NCBI GenBank assembly: GCA_001029635.1
Contig: CP011209.1
Span: forward strand, 618,435 to 682,434
Reading direction: 5' to 3'
Source of the DNA: Candidatus Wolfebacteria bacterium GW2011_GWB1_47_1
GTDB lineage: Bacteria; Patescibacteriota; Minisyncoccia; UBA6257; UBA9933
DNA length: 64,000 nt
The notes beneath the pieces are model-generated. The model was not told the origin of the DNA. It saw only the letters and a list, made by a program, of their open reading frames with translations, and did no database searches. The number at the start of each line of letters is the position of its first letter. The first letter of the stretch is position 1. Shown here in pieces: positions 32,335 to 42,415 of the stretch. A program made the translations under genes and the position numbers.

Positions 32335-35022
32335 TCAAGATGTTTTTTGCTTTTCATGAGTAAATATAAGGTATTTTGCCAATTCAATGAGTAGAATTTC
32401 AATGATCCCCGCAGTGATGATAACCGCCCAGGGCCGCCATCCGAGCGACACGGTTCCCATAATGGTCTGCATACCCGGGATATAGATGGCAAATCCGAGC
32501 AGTGCCAATCCTGCGACAATTGATCCATTGATCGCCTTATTTGAAAATACCCTTCTGTGAAATATGGATGTTTTAAGCGATCTGATGCACAGTACCAAAA
32601 GCAACGAATCAAAACAGGAGAGGGCAAAGACTGCGGTGCGTGCCAAACTTACATCTTCCGTTTTGCCAAGAAATGCTGCATACAGTCCTACCGCCATCGT
32701 TCCCGTCACGAAAAAGATGAATACTAGCCACTGCTTCAGGGCGGGGGTCAATATTGATTCATGCGGATCGCGGGGCGGTTCCTGCATGATTCCAAAACGG
32801 TCCCGCTCGGTCGTCAGCGCAATATTAGGGAGGCCGTCTTCTACCACGTTGATCCAGAGCAACTGCGTTGCCAGTAATGGAATCGGCAGTCCGAACGAAA
32901 TAGTCGCGATAAACAGAAAGAGTTCCGCAAAACTATCGGAGACAAGATAGACGAATATACGGCGTATATTATTAAACATGATTCTCCCCTCCTCAATCGT
33001 CTTCAATACTGTCTTAAGACTATTGTCGAGTAGAACGATATCGGACGCTTCGCGTGCTGCATCTGTTCCTGACCCGAGTGCTATACCCACATCGGAGGTT
33101 TGGAGTGCCGGGGCGTCGTTCACACCATCACCGATCATGGCAACTACTTCCCCGTTCTTTTGCAGTGCCTGCACGATGCGTAATTTGTGGTGTGGTGATA
33201 CCCGCGCGTAAAGACATACCGACTTTGCAACCTTTGCCAGTTCTTCGTCCGTCATTGCCTCGATATCTGCTCCTTCCATAATACATGACTCTGCTGACGG
33301 TATACCCACCTCATTGGCGATCGTGCGTGCCGTCAAGCGGTGGTCCCCCGTGATTAATACCGTTCGGATACCCGCTTTGCGTGCATCCTGTATGGTATGT
33401 CTTGCGTCCGAGCGCAACGGATCTTTAATGGCAATAAGTCCTACGAGCGTAAGGTCGTTTACCAGTTCCGATACAGCCTGATATGATGGGAGTCTTTGTA
33501 GTGTTTTGCGAGCGCATGCGATTACGCGGAGTCCTGTGGAAGTTGTCATTTCCATATGGCGGATGATGCGCTCGCGTTCGGGATCTCCAATGGGATGATG
33601 CGCGCCATTTTTATCAACCGATGTTGCCAGAGCGGTGAGCTGTTCGGCCGCACCGATGATCAATAGTTCAAACGTTCCTTTCGCTGTGCCAAATACCGTT
33701 GCCGCGTACTTTGTCTCCGATTCGAATGGTGCCATATCCTCTATCCAGCGACCTTGCCAGAGCTCATTGCGGTCGACTCCTGCCTGGATGGCTGCCAGAA
33801 GCAGTGCTTGTTCCGTCGGCGTTCCGCGAATAATCCAGTCTTTTAATTCGTCTTTTGGATTTTCTATATACGCTTCATTGACGAGCGCCGCGATTTGCAA
33901 TGATGTAATGTGCGAATCTGTCGGTTCTCCATTTGTTGCCAGATCTTTTATGTCGTTTTCTTCCGCGATTGGTAATTCATGCGTTGCGGTCAGGATGTGA
34001 CTTACCTGCATCGTTCCTTGAGTCAAGGTTCCTGTCTTGTCTGTGCAGATCACCGTTACGCTGCCAAGCGTTTCCGTCGCGGCCAATTTACGCACAAGAC
34101 CTCTCTCCTTGAGAATGCGGCGCATGCCCATAACCAACACAATCGTTATCGCAGGCAGCAACCCTTCCGGAATAGCCGACGCCGCGAGTGCAAGCGATGC
34201 GATGAAAATATCAGTAAACGGTTCACCGCGCGCAACCCCTAGTGCGATGATCAATACGACGATGCCACTGATGACCGCACCCAAGACGTTTGACATATGG
34301 CCGAGCTTTATCTGGAGCGGTGTGGGCCTCCGTTCTTCTTCGCGCAAGGACGATGCGATCTTCCCGAATTCGGTATCTCCCCCTGTAGCGACGACCAGAA
34401 GCGTCGCGCGTCCTGTTTCGACGGTTGTTCCCATGAATGCCATATTGCGCTGTTCGAAGACGGGTGCTTCCGCGGCGATCGTGCCCGTACTTTTTTCTAC
34501 CGGAGACCACTCGCCCGTGAGTGCCGATTCATTGACCGTCAATCGGGTTGCCGTGATAATGCGCGCATCAGCTGGAACCTTATTCCCTGCCTTTACCATA
34601 ATGACATCACCCGGTACCAATTCGGCGGCGTCTATCTCTCTTCGATTGCCCGCTCGTATGACGCTTGCTACCGTGCGTGCCATGCTGCGCAACGACTTAA
34701 GTGCTTCGTTCGCCTTGTCCTCCTGTAAAAAACTTACGATGCCATTCAATAACAAAACTGCAACCATAAAGCTCCCATCGATGTAGTGCTGTAACGCAAA
34801 TGAGATGATCGATGCACCAACCAGGATGTACATCAATGAATTATTAAATTGTTCAATAAATATACGTAGGCGTGAATATGACGCGCCTTCCGGCAGAACA
34901 TTCTTGCCGATCTTTGTCGCGAGACCATACGCCTGGTCATCTGAAAGGCCGCTGGGGCCACTTCCGGTAGCCTCATATACTTCTTCCGCAGTCAGTTCGT
35001 GCCAAAGGATTTTAATTGCCAT
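32335..35022 (-). CDS. P-type cation-transporting ATPase (P2-type, Ca2+/Mg2+-like)
   Basis: ICTDKTGTLT phosphorylation motif, TGDHRLTA and MIGDGVNDAPAL. 895 aa with about 10 TM segments. Confidence 0.9.
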   Translation of the reverse strand: MAIKILWHELTAEEVYEATGSGPSGLSDDQAYGLATKIGKNVLPEGASYSRLRIFIEQFNNSLMYILVGASIISFALQHYIDGSFMVAVLLLNGIVSFLQEDKANEALKSLRSMARTVASVIRAGNRREIDAAELVPGDVIMVKAGNKVPADARIITATRLTVNESALTGEWSPVEKSTGTIAAEAPVFEQRNMAFMGTTVETGRATLLVVATGGDTEFGKIASSLREEERRPTPLQIKLGHMSNVLGAVISGIVVLIIALGVARGEPFTDIFIASLALAASAIPEGLLPAITIVLVMGMRRILKERGLVRKLAATETLGSVTVICTDKTGTLTQGTMQVSHILTATHELPIAEENDIKDLATNGEPTDSHITSLQIAALVNEAYIENPKDELKDWIIRGTPTEQALLLAAIQAGVDRNELWQGRWIEDMAPFESETKYAATVFGTAKGTFELLIIGAAEQLTALATSVDKNGAHHPIGDPERERIIRHMEMTTSTGLRVIACARKTLQRLPSYQAVSELVNDLTLVGLIAIKDPLRSDARHTIQDARKAGIRTVLITGDHRLTARTIANEVGIPSAESCIMEGADIEAMTDEELAKVAKSVCLYARVSPHHKLRIVQALQKNGEVVAMIGDGVNDAPALQTSDVGIALGSGTDAAREASDIVLLDNSLKTVLKTIEEGRIMFNNIRRIFVYLVSDSFAELFLFIATISFGLPIPLLATQLLWINVVEDGLPNIALTTERDRFGIMQEPPRDPHESILTPALKQWLVFIFFVTGTMAVGLYAAFLGKTEDVSLARTAVFALSCFDSLLLVLCIRSLKTSIFHRRVFSNKAINGSIVAGLALLGFAIYIPGMQTIMGTVSLGWRPWAVIITAGIIEILLIELAKYLIFTHEKQKTS

Positions 35023-36250
35023 GCTCAGGTGTTGTTGGTCCTGTTACCAGGTGACTATGCGTTTCATTTGCCGCAATAAAGAGTAATGATGCGAATGCCG
35101 CAGCTACGAAGCTTAACGAGAAAAATACGTTTGTCGGTAGATAATACGCAATGATCATCAGTATAGGAATAAATATGACCCGTGCCGCATTGTACAATAT
35201 TTCTCTGCTGATGATGAATGCGGTAGCATCGGAAACTGTTTTTGTTATCTTATAATATTGACTTGTCCATGCGACCATTAGTCCCGACGTCACCACATTG
35301 CCTCCAATATGCACGCCGACGAGTATCGGCGGCAGTATAATAAAAGGCCTAATCAGCCATACAACCGCATTGCCGATCGACGTCCAGGTGATCACATTAC
35401 GACGTTTTCCGTAGTCCGCAAGATATCCCACAAGATATGTCACCACGGCTGTCACGATTAGTCCGAGTGAAATGATCGTTCCGAATTCCTTGAAATTTCC
35501 TATTGCTATGAAAATGAACAGTGGCCAGATCGCCCCTCGAACGATCGCTTCGGTCGCGTAGCCAATGCCTGATATGGTAAAGGGAAACAGCTCCGGCTCT
35601 TTGAAGAGCGGAGTAATGGAATGGATGCTTAGATTCTTCGATTTGTTTCTATTCGGAAAAAAGAAGAGCGGGAATACCGAAATAAGCAATATTGCACTTC
35701 CAATAAAGAAGGTGTTTTGAAACCCCGCAGCCGCGATCAATACACCGCCAAAAAACGGCGCCGCGAGCGAAAGGATTGAGGCTAATACCGATCGCATACC
35801 CACCTCCTTCCCCAGCTTTTCCCTATGAGCTACACTTGAAAAATCAATATGGTAGCCGATGTTAAATAGCAGTCCATGTATTGCGCTTGCGATTGGCAAT
35901 GCGAAGAACAATAGCGGAATCGTCTTCATTGTTCCGAGCCCCAAAAAATATAGCACCAGAAACGGAATACTTAAAAACATCATCATCTTATCACTGAGTT
36001 TTTTGATCAGCGGCAAGAGCGAGAATGTGAATACAAGAAACCACGCCGAATGAAGAAAGTAGAACAAAAGAATCTTCCACAGGGGAAATCCAAGATTCCA
36101 AAAATAGATAGGTACGAATACCCCGATCAGCCCTTCAGCGAATGCCAAAATCGCCAGCGTTAAATACAACGTTCCCATTTCGGGATTTCCGAAGAGTGGC
36201 GTGTGATGTTTATCGGTCAGCATGATATATTCATTATATATCATTTTCAT
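35012..36250 (-). CDS. MFS-type transporter (12 predicted TM)
   Basis: Uniformly hydrophobic 412-aa protein with an MFS-like two-halves organisation. The family call is by topology only. Confidence 0.6.
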   Translation of the reverse strand: MKMIYNEYIMLTDKHHTPLFGNPEMGTLYLTLAILAFAEGLIGVFVPIYFWNLGFPLWKILLFYFLHSAWFLVFTFSLLPLIKKLSDKMMMFLSIPFLVLYFLGLGTMKTIPLLFFALPIASAIHGLLFNIGYHIDFSSVAHREKLGKEVGMRSVLASILSLAAPFFGGVLIAAAGFQNTFFIGSAILLISVFPLFFFPNRNKSKNLSIHSITPLFKEPELFPFTISGIGYATEAIVRGAIWPLFIFIAIGNFKEFGTIISLGLIVTAVVTYLVGYLADYGKRRNVITWTSIGNAVVWLIRPFIILPPILVGVHIGGNVVTSGLMVAWTSQYYKITKTVSDATAFIISREILYNAARVIFIPILMIIAYYLPTNVFFSLSFVAAAFASLLFIAANETHSHLVTGPTTPEHGN

Positions 36251-36253
36251 GCA

Positions 36254-37327
36254 TCACTCGAGTTTTTCGATCTTTATGCCGATGAGCCGTATTGCTTTTC
36301 GTTTTGGATTTTCTCTCGCATCGAGAAATGGTAAAAGTAGTTTGAGCGTTTCAAATTCGAACTGTGTTCTATCGTTCGTGGCCACGGGCAATGTCTTTAC
36401 CCGTGTCTTTGTCTCAAATCCTTCGAACCGTACCGTAATGCCAACGGTCTTGAATGTAACAAAATCACTTTGTGTGAAGCGTGCATAAACCTGCCCGGAT
36501 AATTTTCTTAGTAGGCCGATAATTGTTTCTCCGACCAGTGTGTCGTGTTGCAACGTTTCCTGCTCGCTTATCGATTTCGCGATCCATTCTTCTATGAGTG
36601 GTGCCTCATCCATTCCCCGCGCTTTTTCATAGAGATAGAGCCCTTGTTTGCCAACAGCCAATTCAAGCTCGAATCGGTCAAGAGCCTGCAGATCGGCGAT
36701 TGTCCCTATGCCGCGCTCAAGCAATTCATCTGCGGTTTTTGGACCAATACCCGGTATTTTGCGCAGCTTATTTTTAAGCATGAATGCCCGCACTTCTTTC
36801 GGAAGTACTACTGTTAGTCCGTCTGGTTTCTGAAAATCCGAAGCGAGTTTTGCCACCAACTTGTTCGGTCCGATGCCAATCGATGCGGTCAGTGCTTCTT
36901 TTTTGCCTATTTCTTTCTTGATTGCCTCTCCGATCTTCTGCGCCTTTGCGAACGATCCTGTCTTACTGAGATCGAAATATGCCTCATCAATACTCGCCTC
37001 TTCTACTACGTTCGCATATGATCGAACGATTTCCATAATTTTTGCCGATGTTTCCTCATATTCATGCATATTGGGTGTAATAAAAACAACACCCGGCTTC
37101 CCGCACTTCCTTGCTTCTTCTGATAGAAACCATGCAGTCGAGATTGGGAGTGCCGAATGGATGCCGTATTCACGTGCCGCATAGTTCGCCGTCGATACCA
37201 CTCCTCGCCCCTTGCCATCCTGGGGATCTGACCCTACGGCGATCGGCAATCCGTTGAGTCGCGGTTTGTTGCGCTCTTCCACTGAAGCAAAGAACGCATC
37301 CATATCAATGTGAGCGATAATCCTCAT
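36254..37327 (-). CDS. dinB: DNA polymerase IV (Y-family)
   Basis: MRIIAHIDMDAFFASVEE..., SIDEAYFD and the IGPNKLVAKLAS region. Confidence 0.9.
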   Translation of the reverse strand: MRIIAHIDMDAFFASVEERNKPRLNGLPIAVGSDPQDGKGRGVVSTANYAAREYGIHSALPISTAWFLSEEARKCGKPGVVFITPNMHEYEETSAKIMEIVRSYANVVEEASIDEAYFDLSKTGSFAKAQKIGEAIKKEIGKKEALTASIGIGPNKLVAKLASDFQKPDGLTVVLPKEVRAFMLKNKLRKIPGIGPKTADELLERGIGTIADLQALDRFELELAVGKQGLYLYEKARGMDEAPLIEEWIAKSISEQETLQHDTLVGETIIGLLRKLSGQVYARFTQSDFVTFKTVGITVRFEGFETKTRVKTLPVATNDRTQFEFETLKLLLPFLDARENPKRKAIRLIGIKIEKLE

Positions 37328-37395
37328 GGGTTTAGTTATACCATTTTTGGGTCAATAAAACCGCATCTTTGCATTGCGCGGGTTTATTGTGCATA

Positions 37396-38637
37396 TTATT
37401 CACTGCGAAGCGCCTCCATGGGGCTTTTCCGCGCTGCCTGTTCGGCGGGAAAAATACCAAATATAAAACCGACAATCATCGCAACTACTGCCCCGATCAG
37501 GGCTCCTTCAAAGGGAAAGAAAAATCTGAAATCGATGGCATATATCTCCCCCAAAATGACCGTTAGTAAAACGCCCCCTCCCCATCCAAGCAGGATGCCG
37601 ATCACTGCCCCTGTCATGGTCAGTATGAGCGCTTCAAAAAGAAACTGGCGCAATATGTCTTGATCGGTAGCGCCAACGGCTTTGCGCAATCCTATTTCAT
37701 GCGTCCGTTCCGTAACTGATACGAACATAATATTCATAATGCCGACGCCGCCAACGACCAATGAGATCGCGGCAATCGTTGTAAGAAGAATGGTTAGGAT
37801 ATCGGTGATCGTCGTAAGCATCGCCGCGGCATCTTCCATTGTCATGGTGTAGAAATCATCCTTGGAAATATCCTTAATATCGTGACTCTCGCGCATCGTC
37901 GTTTTGATATCCTTTACCATCGAGTTGATCACGGTTTCCGTTTTTGCCTCAACCATTATATGGCTAATGAAATGTACGCCCATGACATATAGTTGTACGG
38001 TTGTGTAGGGCATTATGAACGAATCGTCGTATGCCGCAGCTGCTCCTGACCCTTTCTTTTTTAAAATACCCACGACTCGATAGTTCTTATCCTTGATCTT
38101 TATGTGCTTTCCGATGGGATCCTCTCCCTCGAACAGTTTTTCTGCAACCTTACTTCCGATAACCACAACGCTGTTCCGTTGCGCTACATCCTCGTCTGTG
38201 AATGTTTCGCCACTGGTAAGCTCGAGTTGAAATAACCGAAAGATGACTCCCTCACCTCCCAATGCCGGCCCGGCAAACAGTTGCGATCCGAATGTTGCCG
38301 TCACGCTGCTTTCCATGTACGGCATAACCACGTTTGCGTCGGGTACGTTTTCTTTTCTCCTCAGTGCTACAATATCCTCTTCTTGAAGTGAATCGTTCAT
38401 AATAGCGCCACTAAATCCTGAAAACCCCTTGGGTTGTTTACCTGGAAGTACAAAAACATTTTTAGGACCAAAACTTTGCACTTCTCGAATGACTAATTCC
38501 TGTGCACTTGCCCCGATTGCCAGAATAAGAATAATCGACGCTATCCCGATTACGATGCCTAAAATAGTCAGGAGCGAACGTGATCGGTGCATGACGACTC
38601 CCTCATATGCAATTTTAATTCTATCTTTGTTTGTCAT
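37396..38637 (-). CDS. ABC transporter permease, MacB/FtsX type (paralog 2)
   Basis: MacB_PCD-like periplasmic domain plus FtsX C-terminus (...GIMNIMFVSVTERTHEIGLRKAVGA...). Start set at the ATG at 38637. Confidence 0.85.
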   Translation of the reverse strand: MTNKDRIKIAYEGVVMHRSRSLLTILGIVIGIASIILILAIGASAQELVIREVQSFGPKNVFVLPGKQPKGFSGFSGAIMNDSLQEEDIVALRRKENVPDANVVMPYMESSVTATFGSQLFAGPALGGEGVIFRLFQLELTSGETFTDEDVAQRNSVVVIGSKVAEKLFEGEDPIGKHIKIKDKNYRVVGILKKKGSGAAAAYDDSFIMPYTTVQLYVMGVHFISHIMVEAKTETVINSMVKDIKTTMRESHDIKDISKDDFYTMTMEDAAAMLTTITDILTILLTTIAAISLVVGGVGIMNIMFVSVTERTHEIGLRKAVGATDQDILRQFLFEALILTMTGAVIGILLGWGGGVLLTVILGEIYAIDFRFFFPFEGALIGAVVAMIVGFIFGIFPAEQAARKSPMEALRSE

Positions 38638-38638
38638 A

Positions 38639-39880
38639 TCATTCGTAGCGGAGCGCCTCCATCGGACTTTTTTTTGCCGCTTGCCGTGCGGGAAAAATAC
38701 CAAAGACGAATCCGACAACCGTTGAAACGATCAACCCAGCGATGGAGCCGCCAACCGGAAACGTGAACGAAAAGTCTATACCAAATGCGTATTTTATTAT
38801 GTATGCAAGCAGAATACCAATAGTAGCCCCAATCAAAACCCCAATTACTCCGCCACTGAGAGTCAGAATAATAGCTTCTGATAAAAACTGATCCAAGATG
38901 TCTTTGTTTGTTGCCCCTAGTGCCTTGCGGAGTCCGATCTCCCGCGTGCGCTCCATGACGGATACAAGCATAATGTTCATGATTCCTACTCCACCAACGA
39001 CCAACGAGATCGCGGCAACCGCAGAAAGGAGAATGGTTAGTATGTTTGTGACATTCCCGATGCGCTGTACGATATCATCCTGCGTCATAATAAAGAAGTC
39101 ATCTCTGCTTGGATCGTCAATATTGTGATTGTTGCGCAAGAGCGTCTCGATGTCACGGGAAACGTTTTGTATATTCGCTTCCGTATCTGCTTCCACGACC
39201 ATGCGTTGAAAATATTTAATTCCTAAAATATGTTGCTGTACGACCGTATAGGGTACTACTACGGCTTCGTCAAAATTAACAAAGGATCCCTGACCTTTCT
39301 GCGCAAATACCCCCATTACCCGATAGTTTTTATTTTTGATCTTGATTTTTTTGCCAATAGGTTCTTCCGTTGGGAATAGTTCCTCCGCAACTTTCTTGCC
39401 AATGACTGCGACCTCCTCCTTTTGGCTTACGCTTTCGTCAGGAAAAAAATCACCTTGGGCCATCTTGAGGTCAAATAATCGGATAATATCGGGCGTGCTT
39501 CCCATAACCAGCCCTGCATAGGATTCGTTTTCGAAAATCGATATTATGTTTCCAAATACGATCGGAGTCACTGATGCCGCATTGGGTACGTTTGCTTTTT
39601 TTTGGAGGTCATTAAGGTCTTTTTCGCGAAGTGAATCCGTAAACAGTGTTGAGCCCGCCCCGCCAACGTCCGTCGGAGCCTTCCCAGGGACAACAAATAC
39701 ATTCTTGGGCCCCATATTCTGGATCTCTCCTACAATAAGTTGTTTGCCGCTTTCGCCTAGTGCTATAACGACGATGATCGCCCCGATGCCGATGACAATC
39801 CCGAGAATGGTCAACAAAGAACGCGATCGATGCGTCGCCAATCCCACTGCTGCCATACGTACCGTGTCCCATGTCTGCAT
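38639..39880 (-). CDS. ABC transporter permease, MacB/FtsX type (paralog 1)
   Basis: Same architecture (...GIMNIMLVSVMERTREIGLRKALGA...). Confidence 0.85.
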   Translation of the reverse strand: MQTWDTVRMAAVGLATHRSRSLLTILGIVIGIGAIIVVIALGESGKQLIVGEIQNMGPKNVFVVPGKAPTDVGGAGSTLFTDSLREKDLNDLQKKANVPNAASVTPIVFGNIISIFENESYAGLVMGSTPDIIRLFDLKMAQGDFFPDESVSQKEEVAVIGKKVAEELFPTEEPIGKKIKIKNKNYRVMGVFAQKGQGSFVNFDEAVVVPYTVVQQHILGIKYFQRMVVEADTEANIQNVSRDIETLLRNNHNIDDPSRDDFFIMTQDDIVQRIGNVTNILTILLSAVAAISLVVGGVGIMNIMLVSVMERTREIGLRKALGATNKDILDQFLSEAIILTLSGGVIGVLIGATIGILLAYIIKYAFGIDFSFTFPVGGSIAGLIVSTVVGFVFGIFPARQAAKKSPMEALRYE

Positions 39881-39884
39881 GCGG

Positions 39885-40640
39885 TTATTTAATCAGATCA
39901 TCCTTATGCACCCGGTGGCGATGTTCGACCCACTCATCACTTTCAATAAGCCCGTCTTTGATATGTATAATGCGTTCTGCGGCGGCCGCGACATATGATT
40001 CATGCGTCACCATAACAATCGTGTGTCCTTGCTCGTGCAATTCCTGTAGAAATTGCAAAATGACGGCTCCTGATTTTGAGTCCAGGCTGCCGGTTGGTTC
40101 GTCGGCAAAGATGACTTTGGGGCCGTTAACCAATGCGCGCGCTATCGCGACGCGCTGCTTCTGTCCCCCGGAAAGTTTTACCGTTGGAAAATTCTCGCGT
40201 TCGGATAGACCTACCATTTCTACCATCGCGCGGGCGATCCGTGTTCGCTCAGGCTCATACACGTCTGCATAGATAAGTGGAAGCTTTACGTTTTCGATCA
40301 CGGACAGGCGCGGCAATAGGTTGAATGCCTGAAATATAAAACCGATCTTTTTATTTCTTACCCGTGCGAGTTCATCATCGGAATAATGCTCGAGATCCTT
40401 GCCGTCGAGAAGATACTTCCCTCCCGATGGGCGTTCGAGGCATCCAAGTATCTGTAATAGGGTTGATTTTCCGGACCCTGAAGGTCCCATGATGGAAACA
40501 AATTCCCCTTCGTGGATATCGAGAGAAACATCCCGGAGTGCCACCGCTTCCAGATCTTCGATCATATATACCTTGCGAAGGTTCTTCGTGGAGAGTACCA
40601 GTGGACGATTTTTATGCTTCTGTTGATCTATTTGCTCCAT
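39885..40640 (-). CDS. ABC transporter ATP-binding protein (MacB/LolD-like)
   Basis: Walker A GPSGSGKST, signature LSGGQKQRVAIARAL and Walker B VIFADEPTG. Confidence 0.9.
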   Translation of the reverse strand: MEQIDQQKHKNRPLVLSTKNLRKVYMIEDLEAVALRDVSLDIHEGEFVSIMGPSGSGKSTLLQILGCLERPSGGKYLLDGKDLEHYSDDELARVRNKKIGFIFQAFNLLPRLSVIENVKLPLIYADVYEPERTRIARAMVEMVGLSERENFPTVKLSGGQKQRVAIARALVNGPKVIFADEPTGSLDSKSGAVILQFLQELHEQGHTIVMVTHESYVAAAAERIIHIKDGLIESDEWVEHRHRVHKDDLIK

Positions 40641-40649
40641 TGTGCCGGT

Positions 40650-42317
40650 TTAGTTGATTATCACTTTGTCTCCTTCTTGGATGCCCGATACGATTTCCGT
40701 CCGGCCGTCTGAGCCTCGTAATCCGGTTACCACCTCCACTTCTTTGACGATACCTTCCTCTTCGCTTACCAATACTGTTACGTATTTCTTGCCTTCTCGA
40801 GAGACAATATTTCTGGTAGGGATGTATAATACACCACTCTTTTCTCCGGATAGTACGTCGATATTTGCCGTAAGCCCCGGCAGGATACGGACATCTTCAT
40901 TGATGAACTCGAACGTTGTCTTATAGGTAGCCACTCCTTCCAATACGGTTGACGATATATCGATTTGAATCAATTTTGTATCAAACAACACGTCCGTACC
41001 ATACGCGTCGAGCGTTACCTGTGCCGTATTGCCCACCTTTACCTTTGCGATGTCTGCTTCTGCAACATATGATTCAATTAAAAATTTACCCGATCCGATG
41101 ATTGAAACCGTTGGTATGTTTGGTAAGATGATATCTCCGAGTGTGGGGACTATCTTCGTTACCGTTCCCGTGAATGGTGCTCGCAATATGGTCTTATCAA
41201 CCTGTGCCTGATAATAGTCTACATTAGCGCGTGCGTTTTCGAGCTGACTCTGTTGATATGCGATGTCCTGGGAAGAAGCCCCTGCGATCTTCAGGGCTAA
41301 TTCGCGTTGTGCTTGATCAAGCGCACTTTGTGCTGCGGTGATACTCGATTGGGCATTCGCAATAGCCGTCTGATTCGCCGATCGCTGTGTCGCGATCGAT
41401 TGGCGTTGTTTGTTCACGCTTGCTAGTGCGGCGACAATGCTGTTGCGCCCGGTTGAAACGGCTGTCTTGTATGTGTTGAGTGTTGTCGCATCAAGACTAT
41501 TTGGACTATTGACCACATCTTGTAGATCACCAAAAAAGACTAGGAAGATATCCAGGTGTATCTTCGCATTGTTCAGTGCGGCATCCAATGCGTCGGTATC
41601 GCCATTTATATTTTTGACCCCGTTCAGCTCTGCCGAAAAATCTGCCAAGTGTTCTGTTGAGAGAGCCCTCCCTGCCTCAGAGTCTATCCTTGCCTGACTA
41701 TTAAATGATGTGAACGATATGGTTGGTCGATCTGTATCATCATTCAAAAAAAGATTGTCTACTTGATTGCGAAGCGCGTCGTCCGACTTGGTATATGTGT
41801 CTGTTAGCGTGTCCGGTACGGAGCTGTAGAGATTTGCCAGATCGATTTCAGCCTTACTCGTTACATTTACCAGATTGCGTTCGACATCCGCCAAGCCATT
41901 CTTCGCATTGGTCACTCGCGTTTCCGAGACGGCAAGATCTTCCTGTCGAGCGCCTATCTCGAGTTGGTCGAGTTTTGCCTCTTGCGAACGAACGTTTGCG
42001 CGCGCCTGCGCGAGCTGTGCCTGGAGATCGGAATTCTCAAGCGTCATTAGCTCTTGTCCTTCTCGTACCGTATTTCCTACCGCAACGCGGATGCGAGCCA
42101 CGCGTCCACCTTTTTCAAACGCGATATCGAGGTTTTGCGTCGGCCTTACTTTGCCGGTAATGCTCACCTCTTCTCGTACCTGTCCGAGCGTAGCCGCTGT
42201 GGTTTCATATGTTTGTGCTGTTGTATTTTTGCGATAGACATATCCGCCAATCACAAGCAGCACAACCACTCCCGTAATAACCCATTTATTTTTTATCAAT
42301 GCCTTTATTTTTTGCAT
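40650..42317 (-). CDS. Membrane-fusion/periplasmic adaptor protein (HlyD/MacA/YknX-like) with an unusually long coiled-coil hairpin
   Basis: N-terminal TM, lipoyl-like and beta-barrel segments (...GQELMTLENSDLQAQL... / ...ILRAPFTGTVTKI...), with about 250 aa of coiled coil between them. Confidence 0.8.
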   Translation of the reverse strand: MQKIKALIKNKWVITGVVVLLVIGGYVYRKNTTAQTYETTAATLGQVREEVSITGKVRPTQNLDIAFEKGGRVARIRVAVGNTVREGQELMTLENSDLQAQLAQARANVRSQEAKLDQLEIGARQEDLAVSETRVTNAKNGLADVERNLVNVTSKAEIDLANLYSSVPDTLTDTYTKSDDALRNQVDNLFLNDDTDRPTISFTSFNSQARIDSEAGRALSTEHLADFSAELNGVKNINGDTDALDAALNNAKIHLDIFLVFFGDLQDVVNSPNSLDATTLNTYKTAVSTGRNSIVAALASVNKQRQSIATQRSANQTAIANAQSSITAAQSALDQAQRELALKIAGASSQDIAYQQSQLENARANVDYYQAQVDKTILRAPFTGTVTKIVPTLGDIILPNIPTVSIIGSGKFLIESYVAEADIAKVKVGNTAQVTLDAYGTDVLFDTKLIQIDISSTVLEGVATYKTTFEFINEDVRILPGLTANIDVLSGEKSGVLYIPTRNIVSREGKKYVTVLVSEEEGIVKEVEVVTGLRGSDGRTEIVSGIQEGDKVIIN

Positions 42318-42326
42318 AATTAAATT

Positions 42327-42340
42327 CGTGCGATCGCACG
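42327..42340. promoter_or_regulatory. Perfect 14-bp palindrome CGTGCGATCGCACG in the leader of the adaptor/ABC operon
   Basis: Lies 10 nt upstream of the adaptor ATG and downstream of a TATACT element (minus strand). Confidence 0.4.
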
Positions 42341-42384
42341 TTACGCGTAAGAACTTTTCTTTAGTATACACTAGAATGGACGGC

Positions 42385-42415
42385 AAAAAAACAGCCCAAT
42401 TGGGGCTGTTTTTTA
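42385..42415 (-). terminator. Intrinsic terminator after the SIMPL gene
   Basis: acagccc aattg ggggctgt hairpin flanked by A7/T7 runs. Confidence 0.7.

Noticed and set aside
34037-34786. Long antisense ORFs opposite real genes: 34037..34786, 52558..53154, 24520..25095, 26359..26964, 22691..23197, 41723..42160, 17869..18306 and 59014..59505
   Set aside because: These are shadow ORFs on the strand opposite genes with clear family motifs. The translations are low-complexity (Ser/Pro/Arg-rich) and there are no SDs or promoters.
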